A stretch of DNA of 64,000 nucleotides from the IMG/VR virus record IMGVR_UViG_3300042507_004106; one strand, written 5' to 3'. The DNA is from a virus (lineage: Duplodnaviria > Caudoviricetes). Shown one piece after another: positions 8,995 through 19,001 of this stretch. A program made the position numbers and the translations under genes. The notes beneath the pieces were generated by a model that saw nothing but the letters and a program-made list of their open reading frames with translations, was not told the origin of the DNA and did no database searches. Numbering within the stretch: the first letter of the stretch is position 1; the number at the start of each line of letters is the position of its first letter.

Positions 8995-10457
8995 CAGTTC
9001 TTAAAAGGTATAGTTACAATATCGTAATTAAAGTTTTCTTCATTATAGACTTTGATTCGTTCAATTAAATGATTAAGAGTATAATTTTTTCTTGACTTAT
9101 AACTGATATCATCAGCAATATCATATAGAGTTGCTTTTGTTTTATTATTTCCTTTTCTTAAGACTCGTCCGATTGATTGGAGGTTTCTGATTCTTGATTT
9201 ACTAGGGGAAGCAAAGATAACATTATGTAAATTTCGGATGTTAATACCAGTAGAAAAAGTGCCGTAAGAAGCAACGATGATAGCATTGTTTTCCTTTTCA
9301 GTAATTTCCCTGACCTTTTCTCGATCTTCGGTATCAACACCACCATGTACAAAGAATACATGACGATTTTCAGCGATACTCTTATTTATGAGATCATATA
9401 AAGGTTGACCATGACCTTCGACTCTCGAAAATAGAATCAGAGTATTTCCTTTAAGATCAAGCGCAAGATTCTTGATAAACTTATTGCGTTTTTCGTGATT
9501 AATAATATATTGAACTTCTTCCTCAAAGTTCTCAAACTTATTCGGTGGGTGTTTCAATAGAAGAATGTTGATGTCTAGTTTTGCAACATGACCCTTCTGC
9601 ATCAGTTCGTCAGTTCTGATGATTTTGTATGATGGTCCGAATAATCCTTCCAAAACCCACTTATGAGTTTGTGATCCATCCAGTGTTCCTGTAAATCCAA
9701 ACCGATACTTACAATCGGAAAGTTTGGACATTATAGATACTAATGACTTCGATTTGAACTGGTGTGCTTCATCTCCGACGACCACATTAAATCTTGAAAA
9801 GTATTGACGGGGAAGTTTGTAGATGGACTGCCAGGTTGTGATAATCACCTGAGAGTCAGTTTCTCTTTCTTTTCCAGCGTAAATTTTGTGGCAAAATGAA
9901 CCCACGTCCCATCCATAATCTGCAAAGTCTTTATACATCTGCTCTACAAGGGATGTCGTTGGAACGACTATCAGAGTATTTTGCCCTTTCTCAACGTAAT
10001 ATCTCACAATCGAATATATCATCAACGACTTTCCAGAAGCAGTTGGAGATATCAACAACTTTCTATTATGTCGTAAAGCGTCGTATACTCCCTCAACTTG
10101 ATATTCCCGAGGGGCGTATTTGCTAATTGAATGCATATAATCTTTCACACCTTCTTTGGAAATCATTTCATTGATTTCAAAGGGAAGACCATAGAATTTA
10201 TTATCTAAAAACTCATATGTATATTCGTGATTCTCGCAAAAGCGAATGAGTTTGTCTAGAAGACCTACGTATATTTCACCAGTTTGTGTGTTAAATAAGC
10301 GAATTTTTCCATCCCAGTGCCTACTTCTATACTGGGGCATAAAACGACTATTGGGGACTTCAAAAGTAAATTGGTCCGCCAATTCATAGTAAACGTGAGG
10401 TTCCGCCTTTACTTCAAGATAAACCTCATTTTTTTTAGATATCACCAAATGAGACAT
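8994..10457 (-). CDS. uvsW: UvsW SF2 helicase
   Basis: PTASGKS, DEAH, GFTGT, QSIGRVLR. Confidence 0.96.
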   Translation of the reverse strand: MSHLVISKKNEVYLEVKAEPHVYYELADQFTFEVPNSRFMPQYRSRHWDGKIRLFNTQTGEIYVGLLDKLIRFCENHEYTYEFLDNKFYGLPFEINEMISKEGVKDYMHSISKYAPREYQVEGVYDALRHNRKLLISPTASGKSLMIYSIVRYYVEKGQNTLIVVPTTSLVEQMYKDFADYGWDVGSFCHKIYAGKERETDSQVIITTWQSIYKLPRQYFSRFNVVVGDEAHQFKSKSLVSIMSKLSDCKYRFGFTGTLDGSQTHKWVLEGLFGPSYKIIRTDELMQKGHVAKLDINILLLKHPPNKFENFEEEVQYIINHEKRNKFIKNLALDLKGNTLILFSRVEGHGQPLYDLINKSIAENRHVFFVHGGVDTEDREKVREITEKENNAIIVASYGTFSTGINIRNLHNVIFASPSKSRIRNLQSIGRVLRKGNNKTKATLYDIADDISYKSRKNYTLNHLIERIKVYNEENFNYDIVTIPFKN

Positions 10458-10486
10458 ACATATAGTTCACTTCTATACATATTTAT

Positions 10487-11014
10487 TCATCTCTTATAAC
10501 CTTGCGATCTCCTCTCAGCGTAATATTTTTTAAGAGACTCACTTTTCTTTCTTTTTTCTTCTTCACTTTGTTTTTGACCTGTTCTACTTTTATTACCTTT
10601 CCCTATTTCAGATAATTTTTGTCTTGTTTCTTCACTGTGAGTTTGTGCGCCGACTAGACCTTTATTCCATACTGACCTGCCTTTGTGCGCCTCAGACATT
10701 TTTTTCTTACTTTCTTCTGTATGTTTTTTTCCTTTCATACAAGCAAACCCCCTTTCTCCACCCTCAGTAACATTTACTAATATTCCTCCATCAATTTTTC
10801 TACCATATTTTAAAATAAGTTCTTTTTCTTTTTCAAGAGCAAGTTCTTCTGTAAGGTTATTCAATAAAATAACTATTCTATCTTTTTCTGGAATATTTAC
10901 AAATTTGTGTGTTTTTTTATTTTTTTGGTACGCTCTTCTTCCAGTACCTTTTCCAATATAATAAGGACTTCCATCTTCTCTTAAATAAGCATAAACATAA
11001 AAATCGCTTCTCAT
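10487..11014 (-). CDS. Free-standing GIY-YIG-type homing endonuclease with NUMOD3 repeats
   Basis: FYVYAYLREDGSPYYIGKG; GKKHTEESKKKMS, QTHSEETRQKLS, QKQSEEEKRKKS; own late promoter TATAAATA at 11036-11043. Confidence 0.88.
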   Translation of the reverse strand: MRSDFYVYAYLREDGSPYYIGKGTGRRAYQKNKKTHKFVNIPEKDRIVILLNNLTEELALEKEKELILKYGRKIDGGILVNVTEGGERGFACMKGKKHTEESKKKMSEAHKGRSVWNKGLVGAQTHSEETRQKLSEIGKGNKSRTGQKQSEEEKRKKSESLKKYYAERRSQGYKR

Positions 11015-11065
11015 TTGAGGTTTCAGTCGCTAATGTATTTATAATAAAAAAGAGGCATTTCTACC

Positions 11066-11497
11066 TCAATTATATCCTGCGGTAAACTTCGACCATTCTA
11101 TGCTATTCTTAATTTGATAAGTTCTGTTAGATATGCACTTAATAATCTCTTCAAGAAATTTGAGCATAATATCGTAGTATCTTATCTTCAACTCCACTTT
11201 ATTTAACTTCTCATCTGCGTCCATATACCTCTGTATGGCGTCCTTTTCTCTTACCTTATACGGAAATGGTTCTTCGACGTAAACCTCTGCTGGTGCCTTT
11301 CCTGTGTAGTAGTTATAGCGTTCTAGTTTTACTCTGTTGAAAGTTTCTCTTGCCTTTTCTCTCAGCAGAGTGATTGTATTGTAGATTGTATAATACTTTG
11401 CATGTAGTTGTGGAATTTTTAAAGATTCATCATGTAAATTATCAGGATCAATGACAGAATCTTTCTGCCACATCTCCTGTATTTGCTCAAGATTCAT
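11066..11497 (-). CDS. uvsY: UvsY recombination mediator
   Basis: DSVIDPDNLHDESLKIPQLHAKY...RTYQIKNSIEW; position between gp3 and uvsW. Confidence 0.9.
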   Translation of the reverse strand: MNLEQIQEMWQKDSVIDPDNLHDESLKIPQLHAKYYTIYNTITLLREKARETFNRVKLERYNYYTGKAPAEVYVEEPFPYKVREKDAIQRYMDADEKLNKVELKIRYYDIMLKFLEEIIKCISNRTYQIKNSIEWSKFTAGYN

Positions 11498-12039
11498 AAA
11501 GCTTGACCGTCAGTGCCTAGGATGTTATAGACAGTATACTTGAAAGTCACGTCTGCTGTAAAGTACTGGATATCAGTTTGTGTTGAATCAAATTCAAGAG
11601 ATGATAATCCTACTGGGAAAAGATCTTTAAATTTAACAATAGCACTCGTATTATAGCTGCTGTCGAGAACGTACAGACTACCATCACTAAATGCTTCTTT
11701 TGGATCGAGAATATCATCTCTATCTGTAATTAAATCTTTGTATTGCTGTGTAGTTTCTGGAAAACCAAGACCAGTTAACCAATTATGAATCGCCATATAA
11801 TTTTCCATATTTTCATCAACAATAAATCTCAGAATTAAATCACCATATTGCAACTTGCCTCCAGGAACATCCAGATCCTTAAGGTAAGTCGGTTGTTGTA
11901 GAACAGAAAGAGTGATTTCTGGTATTCTTGCCGAGTTACAAAAAAATGGAACAGTTGGTTCCTTTGCTAGAGTGAACTTAAAACCAACTGGCGATAAAAA
12001 ATTTCTATTCGTAATTTGGTTTGGGAAATTACAAGCCAT
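11494..12039 (-). CDS. gp3: gp3-like tail tube terminator / tail completion protein
   Basis: NFLSPVGFKF...GGKLQYGDL...ENMENYMAIHNW...FKDLFPVGLSSLEFD. Confidence 0.85.
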   Translation of the reverse strand: MACNFPNQITNRNFLSPVGFKFTLAKEPTVPFFCNSARIPEITLSVLQQPTYLKDLDVPGGKLQYGDLILRFIVDENMENYMAIHNWLTGLGFPETTQQYKDLITDRDDILDPKEAFSDGSLYVLDSSYNTSAIVKFKDLFPVGLSSLEFDSTQTDIQYFTADVTFKYTVYNILGTDGQAL

Positions 12040-12042
12040 TTT

Positions 12043-12573
12043 TTACCTCTTATTGGGTTTTACCTTTGCTGTTTGCGAATCTTGAGCAGTTTTCACATAA
12101 ATTGTTTTCTTTCCAAAATCTCTTGATGTAATTTTTGGATTTCCCGAAACATCTCTAGCTGTCTGTAACGCTAAATCGTAACTTGTTGACTTATTATAGT
12201 TTCCAGCAGGTCCAAAATTACCAGTGTCTGATACTTTAGTTGTTGCTATGGGTGCCTTTGTCCCTGGAGCCATCGTCATTTGTAGTTTTGTACCAAATGG
12301 AGTTGATGGTTTATTACTAGTTCTAGATGCATATGGGACAGCGACTAATCGTTGCTTATCATTAAAACGTTCTCCACTAGCAGTTAATGAACCTGGGGTG
12401 TCTGCTTTACTATAAGAACTAACATTTACGGGTTTCCACCCATATCTCTTTTGCTCAACATCGCTATGAGGTTTTGATGTAAATTTTCCAGTTTTCTTAT
12501 CAAGAACTCCTGGTTTATAGTTTTTATATGCTAAAACTTGAGCTTCTGATAAAAACTCTTTAAACGTTTTCAT
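12043..12573 (-). CDS. Putative internal head protein with capsid-targeting N-terminus and RlpA-like (DPBB) domain
   Basis: Probable start MKTFKEFLSEA (ATG 12573); LTASGERFN...LVAVP...PFGTKL...VSDTGNF...YDLA pattern. Confidence 0.7.
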   Translation of the reverse strand: MKTFKEFLSEAQVLAYKNYKPGVLDKKTGKFTSKPHSDVEQKRYGWKPVNVSSYSKADTPGSLTASGERFNDKQRLVAVPYASRTSNKPSTPFGTKLQMTMAPGTKAPIATTKVSDTGNFGPAGNYNKSTSYDLALQTARDVSGNPKITSRDFGKKTIYVKTAQDSQTAKVKPNKR

Positions 12574-12593
12574 CTTTTTATTTGTATTTAGAT

Positions 12594-12621
12594 AAAAAAA
12601 AAGAGGGTCCAAAGACCCTCT
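12594..12621 (-). terminator. Intrinsic terminator after gp23
   Basis: AGAGGGTC-TTTG-GACCCTCT followed by a long T-run. Confidence 0.85.
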
Positions 12622-12641
12622 AGATCGAGTTGTGAATTAAA

Positions 12642-14045
12642 TCACATCAGGTTAGCAACCTTGACTCTTCTGTAGTAGGTGTTAGCATTGGTGGTCAGAG
12701 CACCAGCGCCTGGGGTAAGACCCTCAGCGAATGGGTTAGCAACCATTCCGTAACGGGTCTTAAAGCCGATCTTAGGCTGGAAGGTGTTCTCGCCAACGGC
12801 ACGTACCATCTGGAGAGGTACATATGGGCAATAGAACAGACCAGCATCGTATGGGCTAGAACCCTTATAACCAACAACATAGAACTGGTTAGGTGCTACG
12901 TTTGCCGAATATGGGTCAATGTATACGCGATACTTACCTTGGAGAACACCAGCGAAGGTGTTACCGGTGTCGTCAACGTTCAGGTTAGCGTTGAGTGCAG
13001 GGGTGTAATCGAGAACACCAGCCATTGCAAGTGCCGAAGCAACGTCAGCAGAGCAAAGGATAGTGTTACCCTTTCCTCTACGAGTTTGCTGAGCAATCGC
13101 GTTAGCGTCGCGCTCGATCTGGAAGATCAGACCCTTGAACTTCTCAACCGACCAACGACCGTTGGAGTCAACGTCGAGGTCAAAAGTACCAGCGGTAGCG
13201 GTATTGACTTGAGCACCAGGCTTAGCAATCTTGTAGATGGTTCTGATAACTTCGCGGTTGATCTCAGCAAGAATCTCAGTTGAGAGAATGTTTGCGAGTT
13301 CAGCCTCAGCATTCAGACCGTGGATTGCCTTGAGGTCCTGAGCAAGCTCAAGTGAGTACTCAGCCTTGAGGGCGCGTGACTTAGCGGTTACAGTGACCTT
13401 CTCGATTGAGAATGCCATCTGGTTGAACTGATCAGATTCGCCAAGCGATTCTGCGTTGTCAGTTCTCATTCCTTGACCAACGTTATAAGCACTGTCGCCA
13501 GGAGCAGCGTTATTTGCTTGGTTGCTTGGATCTAGAACTGATGGATTTGATCCGCGCTGAGCGGTAGTACCCATACCAACAGCACCGTTTGTCCAACCTT
13601 CGGTCTGGTCGAACGATGCACTTTGACCAGAGAATGCCGAATCTACTTCGTTGTAGAAAGTTTCGGTTCCAGACTGGTTGGTGTAACGTGAACGCATTGC
13701 GAAGATCAGTCCAGTAGGACCGTTCATTGGTTGAACGCCGCAGAGATCATAGGCGATCAGGTTAGGCATCGAACGACGGATCAGTGAGATCAGTACGGGA
13801 TCGAAACCTTGCATAGCACCGGTGCTTGCAGCACTAAATCCAGTACCAGCTCCAGTGCTGGTTCCGGTGCTATTGGTTGGGGACTCATAGAGGAACTCAC
13901 GCTCTTCGCGGATGGTTCTCTCTTGGTTTTCGAGCAGGATTGCGGTTACAGCTCTACGATGTGAATCTTTGATAGGATCAAGACCATCATAGTCGAGGAG
14001 CGGTGCCCACTTCTCCTGCAGATGCTCGGTATTGAACATTTGCAT
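12642..14045 (-). CDS. gp23: Major capsid protein gp23
   Basis: FDPVLISLIRRSMPNLIAYDLCGVQPM, KSRALKAEYSLELAQDLKAIHG, FQPKIGFKTRYG. Confidence 0.99.
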   Translation of the reverse strand: MQMFNTEHLQEKWAPLLDYDGLDPIKDSHRRAVTAILLENQERTIREEREFLYESPTNSTGTSTGAGTGFSAASTGAMQGFDPVLISLIRRSMPNLIAYDLCGVQPMNGPTGLIFAMRSRYTNQSGTETFYNEVDSAFSGQSASFDQTEGWTNGAVGMGTTAQRGSNPSVLDPSNQANNAAPGDSAYNVGQGMRTDNAESLGESDQFNQMAFSIEKVTVTAKSRALKAEYSLELAQDLKAIHGLNAEAELANILSTEILAEINREVIRTIYKIAKPGAQVNTATAGTFDLDVDSNGRWSVEKFKGLIFQIERDANAIAQQTRRGKGNTILCSADVASALAMAGVLDYTPALNANLNVDDTGNTFAGVLQGKYRVYIDPYSANVAPNQFYVVGYKGSSPYDAGLFYCPYVPLQMVRAVGENTFQPKIGFKTRYGMVANPFAEGLTPGAGALTTNANTYYRRVKVANLM

Positions 14046-14092
14046 TGGATTTTACCTCTTTAGAAGTGTTAGTTTGATTTATGATTTAAAAA

Positions 14093-15247
14093 TCACTTTT
14101 TAGAAACTCTTTGGAGAGTCTGAAGATATGCACTCATTGTGCTTCCAACTTCTTGAGCATTGCTCATATCTGTTGATTCAGACAGATTTTCACTAGCGTT
14201 TCTTTGAGTACCAGCAGTTCTGGTTGAGAAATAAGATTCTCTCAGAGTTACTAGCTTCTCACGATAGCTCTCTTCACCATCAAACTCAACATTTTCGGCA
14301 AGAGAAGCGAGTTTGTCCTTCTGAGAAAGTGCAAGACCCTCAGCGACTTCTGCAAAGATTACATCAGCAACCGACTCGGCTAATCTTCTATTCAGAGCAA
14401 CATTTCTTTCAATTTGCTCGTTGAGTTTTTCTTCCATTTCATCAAGTTTATCTACCATACTCTCGATAACATCATATCTATCTTCAGGGATTGTTACATA
14501 ATGATCTTCAAAAAGACTCTTCATTCCTGCAAGGAATGATTCGGTCATTTCAGTCTTAAGACCGTGCTCAACTGCGAGTGCATTCTCTTGAATCCACTCA
14601 TCAGCAACATACTCAAGGTATGCATCAACACGCTCAGTAAGACCTTCTTTAATTTGAGCAATCTCTTCAATAAGAGTTGCTTCATACTTTGATTCTAGAT
14701 CTTCTTTGATTTCAGCAACCTTAGATTTGATTGCTGCTTCGAAGATGGTACGTGCTTTCTCTTGGAATTCCTCAGAAAGCTCTTCACCTGCAAGAAGAGC
14801 ATTAACATCCTCTTCGATGTCGAACTCTTCTTCCATTTTCTTTTTCTTACCACCCTCTTCCTCTTCTTCTTCCTCCTCTTCTTCTTCCTCTTCCTCTTCT
14901 TCGTGCTTAGCTTCGGTTACTTCCTCTTCACCGATTTCTAGATCTTCTTCATCTTCGACAAGATCCTCTTCATCTTCAACCTCTTCCTTAGCAAGAGATT
15001 TCATTGGCTCGGCAGCTGCTGCTTTAGCATTAACTACATTTCTCACTTGAGCAAGAGTTGCGCCTGGAGTTTTGAGTGCTGCAGACCCGTCATCTGGACG
15101 ATAGTTTTCTGGTGTAGGACCACCAAGATCTTCCCAACCACCAGTCTGTCCTGGAGTTGCTCCATCCAGGTGATGCATTGGTTCGGCAGGTGCAGCCCCT
15201 TTGGTTACTACGTTTTCCATTTCTTGTAAATTTCTACCAACGGACAT
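14093..15247 (-). CDS. gp22: Prohead core scaffold gp22
   Basis: Acidic coiled coil, LSEEFQEKARTIFEAA, YLEYVADEWIQEN; directly upstream of gp23. Confidence 0.95.
   Translation of the reverse strand: MSVGRNLQEMENVVTKGAAPAEPMHHLDGATPGQTGGWEDLGGPTPENYRPDDGSAALKTPGATLAQVRNVVNAKAAAAEPMKSLAKEEVEDEEDLVEDEEDLEIGEEEVTEAKHEEEEEEEEEEEEEEEEGGKKKKMEEEFDIEEDVNALLAGEELSEEFQEKARTIFEAAIKSKVAEIKEDLESKYEATLIEEIAQIKEGLTERVDAYLEYVADEWIQENALAVEHGLKTEMTESFLAGMKSLFEDHYVTIPEDRYDVIESMVDKLDEMEEKLNEQIERNVALNRRLAESVADVIFAEVAEGLALSQKDKLASLAENVEFDGEESYREKLVTLRESYFSTRTAGTQRNASENLSESTDMSNAQEVGSTMSAYLQTLQRVSKK
14840..14905 (-). repeat. GAR trinucleotide tract encoding a poly-Glu run in gp22
   Basis: Plus-strand TTC/CTC repeats; protein shows about 17 consecutive E after KH. 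Confidence 0.85.
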
Positions 15248-15286
15248 TTTAGATTGATTGTGTTATAATCTATATTTATTTATAAT

Positions 15287-15937
15287 TTAAAGATTTGAAA
15301 GAAAATCTTGGAACATTTGAACTTTATGTTCCTGGAGTGTTCTTTCATCAATTAGAGTGTTAATTCTACGCTTTGTAGATTCTGCTAGTCTTTCACGAAG
15401 GATTCCTCCTTCCCAGACCCACTCTTTACCTTCCATAATTCCCTGAACAAAAGCGTCAGGGGCAGAAGGATCGGCAACGATGTCAGCAGCAGTTGCTAGC
15501 ATAAAATCTTCGCCAACAATTTTATGACCCTCATTGGTCATCTTGAGTGATCCTACACCACGAGAAGAAACACCTAAGCAAACACCTTCATCGATAAGTG
15601 ATTTTGCAATCTTACCCATCGGGGTTTCAAGAAGTTGTGCTTTTCCTCTGAAATTGTTTCCTTCCCTAGTAAGAGAAACAATCTTATGAGAAACGCGATC
15701 AAGATTTACTGTTGGACCATCTGGGTGTCCAAGTTCTCCAAGAGCGCGACCTTTGTTGATAAAGGATTCTGTATATCTCTGAACTTCGCGAGAGAGTGTC
15801 TCCATAGGATACATTCTTCCGTTACGGTTACAGATATCACCTTGAAGGAAAACACCTTCAATATACATTTTCTTTTGAGATCCTTTTCCTTCGGTAATAA
15901 ATTCTACCTTTGAAATTTCTTCTGTGATGAGTTTCAT
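15287..15937 (-). CDS. gp21: Prohead protease gp21
   Basis: NRNGRMYP, ALGELGHPDGP, GVSSRGVGS, DIVADPSAPDA. Confidence 0.97.
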   Translation of the reverse strand: MKLITEEISKVEFITEGKGSQKKMYIEGVFLQGDICNRNGRMYPMETLSREVQRYTESFINKGRALGELGHPDGPTVNLDRVSHKIVSLTREGNNFRGKAQLLETPMGKIAKSLIDEGVCLGVSSRGVGSLKMTNEGHKIVGEDFMLATAADIVADPSAPDAFVQGIMEGKEWVWEGGILRERLAESTKRRINTLIDERTLQEHKVQMFQDFLSNL

Positions 15938-15939
15938 TT

Positions 15940-16467
15940 TTATTCGGAAACTAGTTGAACGACTTCTGTAATACTTAGATTTGTTGAACCGCCAACTGCA
16001 AGAGCTGAAACTTTTACACTTCTGGATAAAGTAGATCCTGTTGCTGTAATTACACCAACTACAGTTGAAGTATTTGCGGCAATCGTAACTGTACTATCTG
16101 TTATAGAAGTTACTAATTGATGAACAGTATTAATACCTGCAGGTTGAGCATTTTCAATCGTTACATAATCTCCAACCAGGAATGGATTTCCTGCATTATT
16201 ATCAAAAGTAACCACTGTTGTTGTTCCAGTAGTGATTCCAGCAATTTGCTGCTTTGCAAGTCTCTCTTTCAAAACTTCATTTGCGAAAGGAGAAATAAGC
16301 AATGAATTAACAGTAGCTACAGGATCGCCACCAGTTTCTACATATGCTGCAGTGGATCCAGCAGCAACTCTAATGTAACCACTTTTGAGGGCAATTGGAT
16401 CACTTGTAGTCGCTGTGGAAACCGTTGGTGAAATTCTATTTACATTTTGAACGATTTTTATCGCCAT
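15940..16467 (-). CDS. Hypothetical beta-rich virion protein
   Basis: 175-aa Thr/Val-rich ORF within the head operon. Confidence 0.7.
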   Translation of the reverse strand: MAIKIVQNVNRISPTVSTATTSDPIALKSGYIRVAAGSTAAYVETGGDPVATVNSLLISPFANEVLKERLAKQQIAGITTGTTTVVTFDNNAGNPFLVGDYVTIENAQPAGINTVHQLVTSITDSTVTIAANTSTVVGVITATGSTLSRSVKVSALAVGGSTNLSITEVVQLVSE

Positions 16468-16634
16468 TACGCTTCATCTCCGGATTGATCTTCAGTACCA
16501 AACATTACTGCTGCTATTTCAGGTCTAGCAGCATCTACCTTATCTGCGGCTTTAGCATAAAGTAATTCTTTGATTTTGTCGGAAACATCTGAAGGTGCTC
16601 CATCGGTCGCAATCAAATCGATAAGTTCTTCCAT
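16467..16634 (-). CDS. Small prohead core protein (gp67/gp68-like position)
   Basis: Manual translation MEELIDLIATDGAPSDVSDKIKELLYAKAADKVDAARPEIAAVMFGTEDQSGDEA; late promoter TATAAATA at 16660-16667. Confidence 0.7.
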   Translation of the reverse strand: MEELIDLIATDGAPSDVSDKIKELLYAKAADKVDAARPEIAAVMFGTEDQSGDEA

Positions 16635-16662
16635 AAAAAAATGTGTGCTAATATAAGATTAT

Positions 16663-18357
16663 TTATATCTTCCCACCTTTGGGTTCTTTGATTTCTACTT
16701 CTGGGGCGCTAATAGTTGGTTCAATTGGAACTTCTCCACCTGCTCCTTGTTCTATAGCCTGCCCAGCAGATTCACCAGCTGGTGGTAATGGATTGCCCAT
16801 TTCATCTACTGGAGCATTGGGATCTGGGAGAATACCTTTTTGGATCTCATCCTCAATTTGCTCATCGATTTCAATAATTTCGGAATCAGTTTGGCGAAGA
16901 ATTTTTCTACGAACATATTCTGTAGAATAATACTTACCAATATATGGTTCTACGGTAGTTAAGAGAGTTAGGCGATTGGTGAGTAATTCTGCCTCTTTAA
17001 GTTCTGAGAAATGGTTATCATATAAGAAGTCATATTGAATATGATCCTCCATTCTTTCCCAATCTTCTGGAGTTACTACGTTCTTCAGAAGAAGTTGTGT
17101 ACGAAGCATGTCATTGAACATTTGAGCAAAACGCTTTCTCAAACGTCCAACGAACTTCGAAAACTTAAGTTCATCGCGAAGAATCTCAGATGAGCGACCT
17201 AAGTTAAATCCATCACCGGAACCGGTAATTCTTGATTCTGGAACATTTAAAGATCTATAAAGTTTTCTCTGGAAATAATCAATATCACTAATTTCACCAA
17301 GATTTTGTCCACCAGGAAGAGTAGTAATTTCTGTACCTCTACCACCTTCACGGCGAGGAAGCCAGAAATCCTCAAGCATACTCATGAATTTCCGATCGTC
17401 ACGGATTTCTCCAGTGTTTGCATCGTAGACGAGTTTGTTACGATAGCGACTCATTACCTCTTTAAGATATTGTTCCGCTTTAACTTTTGGGAGATTACCT
17501 ACGTCAATATAAAAAATACGACGTTCTGGTGCTCTAGATAACCTATAGATAACTAATGAATCCTCAATCATTCTCAATTGATTGAGTGCCTTAATTGCTT
17601 TATGGAGATATGAAAGAACCGTTCCCTTATTTCTATCTACAAGACCAGATGTGCAATAAGTAATAGAATCTTTTGCAATCTTAATCGATCCTTTTGATGC
17701 ACCACTCAAAGAACCCATTGGATAGTTCGGCATTGGGCTATAGATAAAATACTCTTCAATATCTGAGTATGATGCTTCAGAATCTAAAGATTGTGCATTA
17801 GAAGTAAGCCTACTTACAATAGGTTCATTCTTAATGCCCGTCATTTTCTTCTCTTGACGAACATGTTTCATTTTCATTGGATCAATATACCTGAGTTCTT
17901 TGATTCCCTCCTCAGGTTTTTTGATATCAATGACTTTTAGATAATATAAACGACCATCTACGTACCAATTTCTAAAAATTTCGTGACTTTTTCTATCAAA
18001 GTCCATCATCTCTTTGATAGACTTAAATTCCTCTCTTATAATTTTCTTTAATTTATCACTAGCATTTAAGTTTGAAAGTTCAATTTCTACTGGAGAATCA
18101 TAGAGATCACTTACAATTGCTTCATTAACAACATCTTCAATGGCGCTATCGCATTCTGGGTGTAAAGCCATTTCGCGATAGCGACGCATCAAATCAAATT
18201 CAGTCCTATAAACACCCTCAATATCTACATATTGTCCATAAAATCCAGATTGAATATAATAATCAACCCCGTCCTCATCGGTTGGAGGGACGGGGGAAAC
18301 TATAGATTTGGATTTGTCTTCGTTATCTTCAATCGAAAAACCAAAAAGTTTCGCCAT
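16663..18357 (-). CDS. gp20: Portal protein gp20
   Basis: YREMALHPECDSAIEDVVNEA, LRMIEDSLVIYRLSRAPERRIFYIDVGNLPK, EDFWLPRREGGRGTEI. Confidence 0.98.
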   Translation of the reverse strand: MAKLFGFSIEDNEDKSKSIVSPVPPTDEDGVDYYIQSGFYGQYVDIEGVYRTEFDLMRRYREMALHPECDSAIEDVVNEAIVSDLYDSPVEIELSNLNASDKLKKIIREEFKSIKEMMDFDRKSHEIFRNWYVDGRLYYLKVIDIKKPEEGIKELRYIDPMKMKHVRQEKKMTGIKNEPIVSRLTSNAQSLDSEASYSDIEEYFIYSPMPNYPMGSLSGASKGSIKIAKDSITYCTSGLVDRNKGTVLSYLHKAIKALNQLRMIEDSLVIYRLSRAPERRIFYIDVGNLPKVKAEQYLKEVMSRYRNKLVYDANTGEIRDDRKFMSMLEDFWLPRREGGRGTEITTLPGGQNLGEISDIDYFQRKLYRSLNVPESRITGSGDGFNLGRSSEILRDELKFSKFVGRLRKRFAQMFNDMLRTQLLLKNVVTPEDWERMEDHIQYDFLYDNHFSELKEAELLTNRLTLLTTVEPYIGKYYSTEYVRRKILRQTDSEIIEIDEQIEDEIQKGILPDPNAPVDEMGNPLPPAGESAGQAIEQGAGGEVPIEPTISAPEVEIKEPKGGKI

Positions 18358-18388
18358 TTTATAAACTTAATACCTTGTTATATACTAT

Positions 18389-18979
18389 TTAGTTGATATC
18401 AGAACCGCCTGCTGCTGAAGAAGTGCCCTTAACTGCTTCCCACCAGTGAACTTGAAGTTCAACTGTGAATTCCTGAATAGAATCAGTTCCATAATCAAGA
18501 GGAATTGAACTGATGCTAGTTGGGAATAAATCGTACATATGATATGATCTTAGGATAGATCCATCACGATTTAATTGGTGGACATAAGCATCTGCTTCAT
18601 ATTGAGTTGGGTCTGTTTGTCCAGTGTTATCAGAAAGGCGGTTGATGTAGTTCATCCACTGCTCAAATGCAGATCTAATCGCAAAATCCGTGTCGTTAAT
18701 GACGGTAATTGTCCAGGACTCAAAGCTGCGATCTCCAGCAAGTTTTAGAGTTCTCCCTCTAAATGCTACCTCAAGAGAGGTTACGTTTGATGATGGGATA
18801 GCAGCTGCCTTTACAAGAAATCTGGACTTATCAAGAACTACATTATCAACGTTGATTGCTGAAGGAAACGCTAATTCAACCTCAAAGAGGTTACTTCTAG
18901 TACCGCCACCGGTTAGTTTACTCTTGAAGTCAGTAATCTTCCTTAAAGGAATATTATTGATTTGTTCTCTGGTTGCCAT
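18389..18979 (-). CDS. gp19: Tail tube protein gp19
   Basis: RSNLFEV, FRGRTLKLAGDRSFESWTITVINDTDF. Confidence 0.96.
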   Translation of the reverse strand: MATREQINNIPLRKITDFKSKLTGGGTRSNLFEVELAFPSAINVDNVVLDKSRFLVKAAAIPSSNVTSLEVAFRGRTLKLAGDRSFESWTITVINDTDFAIRSAFEQWMNYINRLSDNTGQTDPTQYEADAYVHQLNRDGSILRSYHMYDLFPTSISSIPLDYGTDSIQEFTVELQVHWWEAVKGTSSAAGGSDIN

Positions 18980-19001
18980 AGTTGTTAAACCTCTAGGTTA
19001 A

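Noticed and set aside
14706-15050. Plus-strand poly-Ser ORF
   Set aside because: Reverse complement of the gp22 poly-Glu tract
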